60,567 nt of DNA from an uncultured Gammaproteobacteria bacterium (GTDB lineage Bacteria > Patescibacteriota > Microgenomatia > 2-02-FULL-39-11): NCBI GenBank assembly GCA_964354025.1, contig CAYGXQ010000002.1, forward strand, positions 51,798 to 112,364, given 5' to 3'. Under the pieces are notes generated by a model. The model saw only the letters and a list, made by a program, of their open reading frames with translations. It was not told the origin of the DNA and did not search any database. The position numbers and the translations under genes were made by a program. Below, one piece after another: positions 52,819 to 60,567 of this stretch (position 1 is its first letter; each line of letters starts with the position of its first letter).

Positions 52819-53703
52819 ATGAAAAGGTCATATCCCAAGATCAAAAAGGCTGTTATTCCCGCCGCAGGATTCGGTACCCGATTCCTTCCCCAAACCAAGG
52901 CCATGCCTAAAGAGATGCTTCCCATCGTCGACAAGCCGGTTATCCAGTATGTGGTTGAGGAAATAGTCGCTTCAGGTATTACCGATATCGTCATGATCAC
53001 CGGCTGGCACAAGCGCTCGATCGAGGATCATTTTGACTATCCTTTTGAACTGGAGAAAAGGCTGGAGGAAGCCGGCAAAGAAAAAGAGCTGGCCGAGGTG
53101 CGCCGGATTGCCGATATGGCCAACTTCATTTACGTGAGACAAAAAGGCCCTTACGGCAATGCTACTCCCGTACTTTGCGCAAAAAATGTGATAGGTAATG
53201 AGCCTTTTGCCGTCCTTTGGGGTGACGAATTTATTTACGCGCATCCGCCAAGGCTAAAACAGATGATCGACGTCTATGAAGAATACGGCAAGCCGGTTAT
53301 CTCTGGGGTACGGATTAAGGAGAAAAAAGATCTGTCCCGCTACGGGATAGCCAAAATCAAACCGGTGAAAGATAATATTTATGAGATAGAGGGAATTGTC
53401 GAGAAGCCGGATCCGGACAAAGCGCCTTCAAACCTGGCTACCCATGGAGCATATATTCTTCCTCCGGAAATATTTCCTATCATCGAAAATCTCAAGCCGG
53501 GCAGGGGCGGCGAGCTTTGGCTTCCGGAAGCCATAGAACAGCTCTTAAAGATCGAAAAAGTCTATGCCTGTGAGATAAAAGACGCCCGTTACTTTGACAC
53601 CGGCAACCAGCTGGAATATCTCAAAACCGTGATCACACTGGCTCTTGAGCATCCGGGGTTAAACGGCGAGCTGAAAAAATACCTCAAAGGCCTCAAACTA
53701 TAA
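52819..53703 (+). CDS. galU: UTP-glucose-1-phosphate uridylyltransferase
   Basis: KAVIPAAGFGTRFLPQTKAMPKEMLPIVDKPVIQYVVEE. ATG at 52819 preferred. Confidence 0.92.
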   Translation: MKRSYPKIKKAVIPAAGFGTRFLPQTKAMPKEMLPIVDKPVIQYVVEEIVASGITDIVMITGWHKRSIEDHFDYPFELEKRLEEAGKEKELAEVRRIADMANFIYVRQKGPYGNATPVLCAKNVIGNEPFAVLWGDEFIYAHPPRLKQMIDVYEEYGKPVISGVRIKEKKDLSRYGIAKIKPVKDNIYEIEGIVEKPDPDKAPSNLATHGAYILPPEIFPIIENLKPGRGGELWLPEAIEQLLKIEKVYACEIKDARYFDTGNQLEYLKTVITLALEHPGLNGELKKYLKGLKL

Positions 53704-54471
53704 TCCAGTCTGGAAATATTTCATTTCAGTAGAAAATTTTCTGTCTGTTTCATCCCGTAAAGTTATCTGATAAAAATAAACCGTATCCGGTTCCAGGTCG
53801 GTTAATAATAACTGATGGGAGGAAGAAAGCGTTGCCGAAATATATTTCTCCTTCATCTGGAGAGTTGATTTCCCGTAGGAAATTATTGATATAACCGGTG
53901 TTTTGGTTTGGAAAGTGATACTGACGATTGACGGGGAAATCGGTTTCACCTGCAGCTTCGTCATCATTTGAGTTGCCTGTATCCGTTGGTCTTTGGCGTT
54001 TTGTAAAGTGAGAGTGGTCACGAAGGTGGCGAAAAATAAAAGAGCGACGAAAAGGGCCGGGACAAAAACGACTGAAAGGGCGGGGAAAGCGACTTTACTC
54101 ATTTTGTATTCCTTGACGGTTTCTTCCTGTTTGCCCTTAAAAGCTTCAAGGGCTTTTTGGGTGGCCCAGACGCCGTGGCATTTATCGCATCGCAGGAGAG
54201 TAACCCGGGCGGGGACGCTTTCACCGCGATATCTGGATAATTCTATCCTGCAATGCGGACAAAGGTGAGTATTGGTTGTATACAATTGATGCTTGGGAAG
54301 CACGGTTAGCTTAGCTAAATTGACGATCTCATGATAGGGAATCCGGTTTATTTCGTACGGATCAAACCAGGTGCCGCCGCATCTGCCGCAGTGGTCGATG
54401 TCGAACTTGCCGCCGGAAGAGGTGGTCACTGACAGTTTCTGCAATAAATAATTACATGAAGGACAGAACAT
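53698..54471 (-). CDS. Double zinc-ribbon (TFIIB-type Zn-finger) - TM - extracytoplasmic domain protein
   Basis: CPSC...CGRCGGTWFD and CPHC...CDKCHGVWA, then a TM (VVFVPALFVALLFFATFV), then a beta-rich C-terminus. Confidence 0.55.
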   Translation of the reverse strand: MFCPSCNYLLQKLSVTTSSGGKFDIDHCGRCGGTWFDPYEINRIPYHEIVNLAKLTVLPKHQLYTTNTHLCPHCRIELSRYRGESVPARVTLLRCDKCHGVWATQKALEAFKGKQEETVKEYKMSKVAFPALSVVFVPALFVALLFFATFVTTLTLQNAKDQRIQATQMMTKLQVKPISPSIVSITFQTKTPVISIISYGKSTLQMKEKYISATLSSSHQLLLTDLEPDTVYFYQITLRDETDRKFSTEMKYFQTGL

Positions 54472-54474
54472 AAG

Positions 54475-54590
54475 AAATTACAAATTAAAAATTACAAATG
54501 CTAAATGAAATGTCTAAATGATAAAATGCCAAATTAATTCAGAAATTTAGAAATTTATAATTAATTTATAATTTGTAATTTATAATTTAT
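54475..54590. repeat. AT-rich quasi-palindromic word repeat (copy 2)
   Basis: See 1019-1140. Confidence 0.7.
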
Positions 54591-55780
54591 CATTTAATAA
54601 GATTATTATTAACAATCGCATCCACAATCTTCTGTGAAAAAAGTAATTTTCCTTCATCCGACGGATGCAGGTGGTCTGATTGGTTGATATAGCGTTCCTG
54701 TCCATTACCGGAAGAGTCAAGCGACGGATGGAATGCGTCAGCCAAAGGGTAGTGTTCACTGGTGGCAAAATTGACCAGGTTTTGGAGATATGCTTTGGTG
54801 ATGGCGGCCGCGTTCCATTTGAGGTCCTGCGGCCAGTTGAGTTTGCCGTCGCCGAAAACCAAACCGTTGGGAGCAATCGCCGCGCCTAAAATAATTTTGG
54901 TTTCCGGAGATTCTTTTTTGACCGTGTCGATGATTTTGGCGATGGTCAGCCATTGACGGTCAAAGTTGAAGATTTCGCCTGACCAATGGTTGTAGGCGAA
55001 AGATTCGACCACTAAAATATCCGGTTTGTAGGTAAGAAGCCCGGGAAAATCCTGATCAAGATATCTGGTTGTATCGGTCAGCCGGTATAAGCCGCTGTCC
55101 AGGTCGGTGGCTCCCTGTCCGTAATTGAGGAGTAAAAATGAATATTTGGGAAAAGCTTTGGCCAAAAGGTTTTGCAGGTGGGGAAGATCTTTACCCATAG
55201 TTTCCACCATGGAGTCTCCCAATAGAGCGATAGTGTATGATGTTTTTTCCGGATTTTCATCCATCACCCCGATATTAGTCATTGGTCTTTGGTCGTTAGT
55301 CGTTGGCAGTTCTTGGTTCTCAGTTCTAAGTTCTAAATTTTCAGGATTTTGTTCTATGTTATCTGTTATCTGACTTACTGCTTCATCCGCCAAGATTGTC
55401 TGGATTTTCGGATGATAAGTCGGCGCCGGGGTGGTGGCCAGGGTATAGATGTTATCCGCCATTTCCGTCTTCGGAGTGATGTTTAACTCGGCCAACTGTT
55501 GTTGCGATTCACCGGACATCTCATCTAACCGGGCTAATAATTGTTCCGTCTTCTGTTCCCGTTCCTCGGTCGTTTGGCCAAGTATCCGTCCAAAAGTAGG
55601 CGGGGACGCTTGGTCAATATCAGCCGGCTGGCCGATAACCGGGAATTGATAATGTCTGGCTTCGAAAAGTTTGCCGAAAAAAACCACCGGGAAAAACAAA
55701 ATAAAGCAAATGAAAAACAGACGGACATATTTTACCATCTTAAATCCATTGTAGGGGGGTAGCTCTTCGGATGTCAACAA
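54590..55780 (-). CDS. Membrane-anchored SGNH/GDSL-family hydrolase
   Basis: IALLGDSMVE (GDS block) and SDHLHPSDEG (DxxH block). A low-complexity insert PENLELRTENQELPTTNDQRPMTN is encoded by word repeats at ~55270-55345. Probable start is the ATG at 55738. Confidence 0.65.
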   Translation of the reverse strand: MLTSEELPPYNGFKMVKYVRLFFICFILFFPVVFFGKLFEARHYQFPVIGQPADIDQASPPTFGRILGQTTEEREQKTEQLLARLDEMSGESQQQLAELNITPKTEMADNIYTLATTPAPTYHPKIQTILADEAVSQITDNIEQNPENLELRTENQELPTTNDQRPMTNIGVMDENPEKTSYTIALLGDSMVETMGKDLPHLQNLLAKAFPKYSFLLLNYGQGATDLDSGLYRLTDTTRYLDQDFPGLLTYKPDILVVESFAYNHWSGEIFNFDRQWLTIAKIIDTVKKESPETKIILGAAIAPNGLVFGDGKLNWPQDLKWNAAAITKAYLQNLVNFATSEHYPLADAFHPSLDSSGNGQERYINQSDHLHPSDEGKLLFSQKIVDAIVNNNLIK

Positions 55781-55793
55781 TTACCAACAATTA

Positions 55794-56315
55794 TTACTGG
55801 CACTTTCCCCACAAGCCTCTGTTTTCTGCCTTTGCTTCTTTTTCCGCTTCTTTAAATTGTAAGGAGAATTTCGTGTCCGGTGGGATGGTCATCTCGCGGT
55901 CGTAGCCCTGGCGGATGAGGAAATCGTTGATAAAGATGTCATCAAGATAGATATACCGTAGCTGTCGGCCGTAAATATCCTTGTCTTCTTTATCCGTTTC
56001 CAATTCAATTGTTTGACCGTTTAACAATTGGACAATAATATTTTTTGCTTCTTCGGCAAAACAGTCAGGTGGTTTGGAACCATAGTTTATTTCCGGAGCG
56101 TCAAGGCCGATGAGACGGACTTTTCTTTTACCTTCCAGTTGGATGGTATCGCCGTCATAAACGAAGGTGACCTGGACTTTTTCCCTGATTTCTTCCTCAG
56201 TCGGCTTTTCCCGATAATAATACCGGAAACAGAAGAAAATAAGGGCAATAACGGCAACTGCGAGAAGAATAACAGTAATCGATTTATTCTTTTTGTTTTT
56301 CTTATTATTGGACAT
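55794..56315 (-). CDS. Membrane-anchored thermonuclease (SNase-like)
   Basis: VYDGDTIQL...VRLIGLDAPE...YGRQLRYIYL...AEKEAKAENRGLW. Confidence 0.85.
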   Translation of the reverse strand: MSNNKKNKKNKSITVILLAVAVIALIFFCFRYYYREKPTEEEIREKVQVTFVYDGDTIQLEGKRKVRLIGLDAPEINYGSKPPDCFAEEAKNIIVQLLNGQTIELETDKEDKDIYGRQLRYIYLDDIFINDFLIRQGYDREMTIPPDTKFSLQFKEAEKEAKAENRGLWGKCQ

Positions 56316-56319
56316 GCGC

Positions 56320-56883
56320 TTACGGAGTGACGGTTATCGGCGCAACGGAAATCTTTACGGTTGGCGAGGCGGATTGGGTGGCAGCGCGGGTGGCGGAAAC
56401 GGAAGCAACCGGAATAATGATAGCCGAGCCGGTGGCCGGAATCGGTGTCTCGGAAGGGATGACCTTGACTTCGACTGTGGGGATGACGGTTGCCGTTGGG
56501 ACGACTGCCGGTATTTTGGGAGCGGCCGGTTTGTTTATAAAATAATTATATGCAAAGGAAACACCGAAGCCGGCGATAATCACCAGCAGGAATATGGTGA
56601 TAATCATAAAAGTGGATTTGCCGCCGGATTTTGGATGTTCGTCAACAGCCATCACCATTGGTGGAGGCGGCGGAGAGATTATCGGCGGCGGCAATGGACT
56701 GCCATAGTTGTTACCAACTATCGGGATTGGTGGTGGTGACGGCGGTGGAGAGATCGGATCAGGCAGGGGATTGGCGGGAGGGTTATTGTTAGCTGTTTGT
56801 TTAGAGGATGGCGGGAAACCGGCCAGCGGATTATTTTCCGCCGGAGGCGGGGGATTATTCGGGCTATTTTGGACAGGATCCAT
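56320..56883 (-). CDS. Proline-rich single-TM protein
   Basis: PPPP-rich N-terminus, TM (FMIITIFLLVIIAGFGVSF), T/V/P-rich tail. Confidence 0.5.
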   Translation of the reverse strand: MDPVQNSPNNPPPPAENNPLAGFPPSSKQTANNNPPANPLPDPISPPPSPPPIPIVGNNYGSPLPPPIISPPPPPMVMAVDEHPKSGGKSTFMIITIFLLVIIAGFGVSFAYNYFINKPAAPKIPAVVPTATVIPTVEVKVIPSETPIPATGSAIIIPVASVSATRAATQSASPTVKISVAPITVTP

Positions 56884-57070
56884 AATATAAAACTAAAATA
56901 GTTTACATTCTATGTCAAGAGAGGAGTTTTTTCTAAGAAGTATTTTGCCCTCCGCAACTTTCCATTCGCCTTACCTATTATTCATAGCGCGGCTCATGGA
57001 GCGTTTACTGGCGGGCACAAGAATCTCTAATTCTCTCCGTCAACTGTCGGATCGGAAAGAGATTCTAGTG

Positions 57071-57141
57071 CAGGGCCAGGTGGAGTCGAACCACCATCAA
57101 AGGTTTTGGAGACCTCTATTCTGCCATTAAACTATGGCCCT
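57071..57141 (-). tRNA. trnW: tRNA-Trp (anticodon CCA)
   Basis: AGGGCCATAGTTTAATGGCAGAATAGAGGTCTCCAAAACCTTTGATGGTGGTTCGACTCCACCTGGCCCTG. Acceptor stem AGGGCCA/TGGCCCT, anticodon loop CTCCAAA, T arm GGTGG-TTCGACT-CCACC, CCA not encoded. Classic position upstream of secE-nusG. Confidence 0.9.
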
Positions 57142-57171
57142 ATTTTCGCTTAATTATACCAGATTTATATG

Positions 57172-57744
57172 TTATTGGATAAATTTGAAGGAAGAAAGAG
57201 CTTGCCGGAAAATGGTACCGTAGCCGGCGATGATGACCTCCAGATTTTTCGACGGGTGTTTGACGATCACTTCATCCCTCGGTGTGCCGTCTTTGGCGTT
57301 TTGGTCATGATACAAAGTGGCGGCCACTCCATCCAAAATTATTGACTCGATTTTATCGGCAGTAAGCGGCGGTTTGGGGATTTCTTCCTGGCAGGCGGTG
57401 GCTACCCCTTCTTCAGGCTTATCCGGATTGGTGAAAATCTGCGACTGGCTGTTTTCCGTTTTTTGTTTCAGGTAGCTGCTTGGGAAAGTCAGGCGGAAAC
57501 CGCAGGTCTGGTCGGTGACCGTGGAAGTTTCGGCATTGGCGGAAGTTGTGGCGGAAGAGGTAGGTGGTAAGTTCAGTTGGACAGTCGGGATAAGAGTCGG
57601 GGAAACAGATACCGGCGGATTCGTCGGCACAGGCAGATTAGGTACATCTGTATTCTTTCCAATCTTCTTGCCGAGATTGATCCCGATTAATAAGGTAGCG
57701 ACTATACAAAGGAAAAAAAGAAGTAGCGCAGTATTTTTAACCAT
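57172..57744 (-). CDS. Membrane-anchored hypothetical protein (190 aa)
   Basis: N-terminal TM (ALLLFFLCIVATLLIGI). Starts 3 nt after the rpmG stop. Confidence 0.5.
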   Translation of the reverse strand: MVKNTALLLFFLCIVATLLIGINLGKKIGKNTDVPNLPVPTNPPVSVSPTLIPTVQLNLPPTSSATTSANAETSTVTDQTCGFRLTFPSSYLKQKTENSQSQIFTNPDKPEEGVATACQEEIPKPPLTADKIESIILDGVAATLYHDQNAKDGTPRDEVIVKHPSKNLEVIIAGYGTIFRQALSSFKFIQ

Positions 57745-57746
57745 TT

Positions 57747-57920
57747 TTAGTCTAATTTATCCGTCTCTTTATGCTCCGTATGTTTTCTGCAGCGCTTGCA
57801 GTACTTATTGCAAACCAGCTTCTCCTTGTGGTTGAGCTTGTTTTTCTTAGTGATATAGTTTTGGCTCTTGCAGGTCTGGCAGACGAGAGCGATGACGATT
57901 GTTTGTTCTTTTTTAGCCAT
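57747..57920 (-). CDS. rpmG: Ribosomal protein L33
   Basis: Not in the ORF track (57 aa). [57 protein letters not shown], with the CxxC...CxxC pattern and KHT.H.E. Confidence 0.88.
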   Translation of the reverse strand: MAKKEQTIVIALVCQTCKSQNYITKKNKLNHKEKLVCNKYCKRCRKHTEHKETDKLD

Positions 57921-57997
57921 GGGGCAATTATAAAGAATTAAGACTCAGGAATCAAGAATTAAACGTCCCGGCATGATTCGGCAGGGTTTTGAATCCA

Positions 57998-58102
57998 TTA
58001 TTTTTTTGAACGACTCTTAAGCGTAGGATAAGCAATGATAGCAATCGCCAGAAGTACAAGTGCTCCTACAATATAGAAAGTTTGTAACCAATTCAGGTTC
58101 AT
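57998..58102 (-). CDS. 34-aa single-TM micropeptide (MNIN/MNLN family)
   Basis: ATGA overlap with the stop of 58099..58308. MNLNWLQTFYIVGALVLLAIAIIAYPTLKSRSKK. Confidence 0.5.
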   Translation of the reverse strand: MNLNWLQTFYIVGALVLLAIAIIAYPTLKSRSKK

Positions 58103-58308
58103 TTTTCTACTCCTTTCAATAATAATAAACTCATAATTAGACAGCCTAGTGTCAATATTATACTTATCTCAAAAATAAGCGTATCTACTTTATTAGCTTG
58201 AGAAAATAATGGCGTTACTCCTGTAGCGAAAAATATCAGTCCAAGGTTTGCTGTAAATTCTGACAATCTATCAAGCTGCAACAAGCTTAGCTTAGGAATG
58301 ATTTTCAT
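58099..58308 (-). CDS. Small 2-TM membrane protein, family member 3
   Basis: LSEFTANLGLIFFATGVTPLF. Paralog of 8715..8915 and 18057..18254. Confidence 0.6.
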   Translation of the reverse strand: MKIIPKLSLLQLDRLSEFTANLGLIFFATGVTPLFSQANKVDTLIFEISIILTLGCLIMSLLLLKGVEK

Positions 58309-58381
58309 CTAAGTCATTATAACACAGTTAAATTGGAGAATTTTTCAGGAAGCAAGGAAGAGAAAAAGTAAAGAAGAGTTA

Positions 58382-59968
58382 TTATTTTTGGCCCATATCA
58401 ATCTCAATAAAAGTAGCCGCTTCTAATGAAACTGGTTGCAACTTAGGATCGGAACAGTATATTGTTGGTTGGGTAATTTGGACACGAACTTGGGCTGATG
58501 TACCGGGTTGAGATGAAATGATAAACGTTCCAATCCATTCATTGGATGGTCCTAGAATTGGTCCTAGCAAATCGCTGCTCCGAGTCATCCTTATATCCGT
58601 ACATTGTGATGCTTTGTCACAAAATTGTGCTTTAGCGGTAGCGTCTTTTAGGGAGCCAGAGCCTCTAACTGTGACAATTCGCTCGCCGTTGCTATTAGCA
58701 TAACTTACGGTAACGATAGGGATATCCGGTTGATATGCCGGTTGCTCACAGACAATGGTCGGACCAGCACATCCACGACTAATATCTGGAGGGTTACATC
58801 CGGGATTTGTATATACTTTATTTATTTTTGTTGTAGGTAGCTTTGCTGTTGGTGTAGCAGTAGTTTCGGGTAAAGGAAGCTTGACAGCTTTTGGAGTACG
58901 GCTCGGAGCTGTAGTGGATGGAATTGGCGGGTGGCCTTTTGACCAGAGGTCAATATTTTCTGGAGGACAACCGATGCCTGAATAATAGCGATATGGATTT
59001 TCCGGATTTTCGAGAAAAACAACCCAGCTTGGTTTTTTCGATTCGTCAACTTCGCACGCCGGAGAATATTTGCCTACTTGTATAGTATCACCCGGATTAT
59101 AATATGGATTCTTATTAAAGGACCATTGCGTCGGGGGGCATGTACACATTCCTTCACGGGGCTGGATGGTTGGATCAGGAAAGGCTGTTGCGGGTGATGT
59201 AGCTGGGATTGTTTGAGATTGATCAGGAGGTTTACCACAACCCGCTGTTATAACGGCTGTTCCTGCCAAGGTCAATCCAAGGAGTCCAACAGCGACCCAT
59301 GGTGGAAACAGCGGAGGAGATTTTGCCGCTTCCGGTTCAGGTTTCGGCTGATGTTGAAAGATTACTGTTGGTTTTACAGCTTGAGTTGCAGAATCAGTCT
59401 GAATATCTGGTTTTGGTAGAAAACGATCATTAACCTCTGTGACTTCATATGCGTCAGTTACAATCCTGCTCAATGACTTTAAAGCGGCGCATTCTGCTCT
59501 TTTAAAACGACTTTGCCATACTCTGGCTTTTTTAGAGCTAGGTTTATGTTTATCGGGATGTTTTTCAGCTCGTAATTTTATCAGCTGTACTAATGCTTCT
59601 TCGAACCTTGTGGAAGCAGGTTCTATCAAAGATGGTTGTTCGTGGTCAAGTGCTTTTGGTGTAGCGCAAAAACGAACAGAAGGACAACCGAGCATGGAAA
59701 TTTTTATCTCTGCGGGTCTGAAAGTCGGTCTACTAGATGGATGTGTCACCATTCGTTCATACAGAGACAAAGCTAATGCTTCTCTGGCCAGATCAGTAAG
59801 GTTAATGGAAAAAGACCTTTCCGAGAGAGCGGTTTGAATTTCTTCATCCACAAACCTATCTCCAAGTCGGCGGGTAATATGTTCCGTCAAACCCAAATCC
59901 GGCTGGATAGCTGGTTGGGTAACAAGAGAAAATGTTCTACCAGATTCTACTTCTGCTAAAGAAACCAT
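58382..59968 (-). CDS. Hypothetical bitopic protein (528 aa): cytoplasmic N-domain, TM, Cys-containing extracytoplasmic domain
   Basis: TM WVAVGLLGLTLAGTAVITAGC at ~residue 225. TATAAT (59980-59975) lies 6 nt before the ATG. Confidence 0.55.
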   Translation of the reverse strand: MVSLAEVESGRTFSLVTQPAIQPDLGLTEHITRRLGDRFVDEEIQTALSERSFSINLTDLAREALALSLYERMVTHPSSRPTFRPAEIKISMLGCPSVRFCATPKALDHEQPSLIEPASTRFEEALVQLIKLRAEKHPDKHKPSSKKARVWQSRFKRAECAALKSLSRIVTDAYEVTEVNDRFLPKPDIQTDSATQAVKPTVIFQHQPKPEPEAAKSPPLFPPWVAVGLLGLTLAGTAVITAGCGKPPDQSQTIPATSPATAFPDPTIQPREGMCTCPPTQWSFNKNPYYNPGDTIQVGKYSPACEVDESKKPSWVVFLENPENPYRYYSGIGCPPENIDLWSKGHPPIPSTTAPSRTPKAVKLPLPETTATPTAKLPTTKINKVYTNPGCNPPDISRGCAGPTIVCEQPAYQPDIPIVTVSYANSNGERIVTVRGSGSLKDATAKAQFCDKASQCTDIRMTRSSDLLGPILGPSNEWIGTFIISSQPGTSAQVRVQITQPTIYCSDPKLQPVSLEAATFIEIDMGQK

Positions 59969-60192
59969 ACGGGTATTATACTATGGGGTAGCAAGTTTTT
60001 TTACCTTATTTATTTCTTTTAGGCTTAGGGCTCGTTCGTAAATAACATGCAATGGTATTTATGAATACGAGCCCTTGTGCCGCATCTTTCTATGAAAAGA
60101 TATCAAGTTATTAATGGATGCGGCCTTAATCTCGATTCTTTTCCCCTGATAGTCAAATACAACCTTTGAGTAAGACAGGAAATAACAGATAA

Positions 60193-60393
60193 TCAAATTT
60201 GAGTGAGGATATAGGTAGCATAATCTTTGGGAATTTTCGTGATCAAAGGCTCTTTAACGCCTTTTTCCTGAGATTTCTGATAAGCCTCTTTGGGAGATTT
60301 GCCGTTACCCACCACTTCGCCGGTAGATTCTTTTATAGCTACCCATTGGTTAGGATATTTTTCTGATAGTTTTTTTAATTTTGCCGATGTCAT
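60193..60393 (-). CDS. DUF5678-like small protein (possible antitoxin-like)
   Basis: KYPNQWVAIKESTGEVVGNGKSPKEAYQKSQEKGVKEPLITKIP resembles the DUF5678 pattern. No partner gene was recognised. Confidence 0.4.
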   Translation of the reverse strand: MTSAKLKKLSEKYPNQWVAIKESTGEVVGNGKSPKEAYQKSQEKGVKEPLITKIPKDYATYILTQI

Positions 60394-60567
60394 AAATATA
60401 AGTATACCACATAAAGAGGAACAGTTGAGTCACCCTACATTCTATATGGGGTAGCAAGTTTTTGTTCTGTTCTGAATATATTTACCTGACTTTCCCAAAT
60501 TAGTGTCCTGGCTCCAGCTTTTGTATATGTTTGTGGATATCTTCCCTCCGGTTCCCGTTAAAGTAGC

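Noticed and set aside
56884-57070. Structured-looking region 3' of tRNA-Trp, including a 9-bp stem AGAATCTCT/AGAGATTCT (57020-57028 / 57058-57066), and ORF 56912..57130
   Set aside because: No U-tract for an intrinsic terminator and no match to an RNA family I can recognise. The ORF overlaps the tRNA and is spurious. Left as unexplained spacer.
59969-60192. Two long-loop hairpins (GGGCTCGT...ACGAGCCC and GCCGCATC...GATGCGGC) and the repeated motif ATGGGGTAGCAAGTTTTT (59982-60000 and 60447-60464)
   Set aside because: Possibly an operator/promoter motif or small RNA. Only two copies exist, at the window edge, and no recognisable family. Insufficient evidence to call a feature.
1-60567. Alternative genetic code (e.g. 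UGA recoding, as in some candidate phyla)
   Set aside because: Conserved genes terminate cleanly at TGA/TAA/TAG (for example the beta-CA-like gene and the SGNH hydrolase end at TGA with sensible C-termini). No in-frame stops interrupt conserved proteins.

Overview
This 60.6 kb window looks like a small-genome uncultivated bacterium, possibly CPR/Patescibacteria-like (inferred only from gene content and repeat style). The conserved backbone is on the minus strand: rpmG, tRNA-Trp(CCA), secE, nusG, rplK, rplA ... rplJ, rplL. Scattered housekeeping genes are also present (rpe, fsa/tal-type transaldolase, galT, galU, pepD). The backbone is heavily invaded. About 23 kb of accessory DNA (27.5-50.3 kb) sits between rplA and rplJ. 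The right 16 kb of that island is partitioned by eight same-orientation copies of the rplA 3' end into cassette-like units. The units carry AbiE-like modules (one decayed), VapBC, two DUF4143-type AAA ATPases, an IS200/RAYT-type Y1 transposase abutting a truncated rplA copy, and a NitT/TauT-type ABC transporter. They also carry an amidinotransferase-fold enzyme and two strongly diverged ~675-aa M20/carbamoylase-like paralogs whose non-coding flanks are nearly identical. No integrase or recombinase is visible. A smaller instance of the same logic is a pepD cassette bracketed by a 39-nt duplication of the neighbouring gene's 3' end. Other notable items: (1) a 1671-1680-aa protein with an embedded, colinear but degenerate AlaRS-like core; (2) an identical 53-nt palindromic element inserted in frame in both rpe and tal; (3) heptamer-periodic hairpin tracts in coding and intergenic DNA; (4) a conserved micro-operon of tiny membrane proteins at three loci, most of them below the ORF-track cutoff; (5) an HTH-TM-collagen-repeat protein at the left edge that is absent from the ORF track; (6) several REP-like repeat families; (7) many accessory genes with a TATAAT box 6-13 nt upstream of the start codon and no SD. 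No CRISPR array, rRNA or recoding was seen. All functional calls rest on motif recognition by eye. Percent identities are hand estimates.
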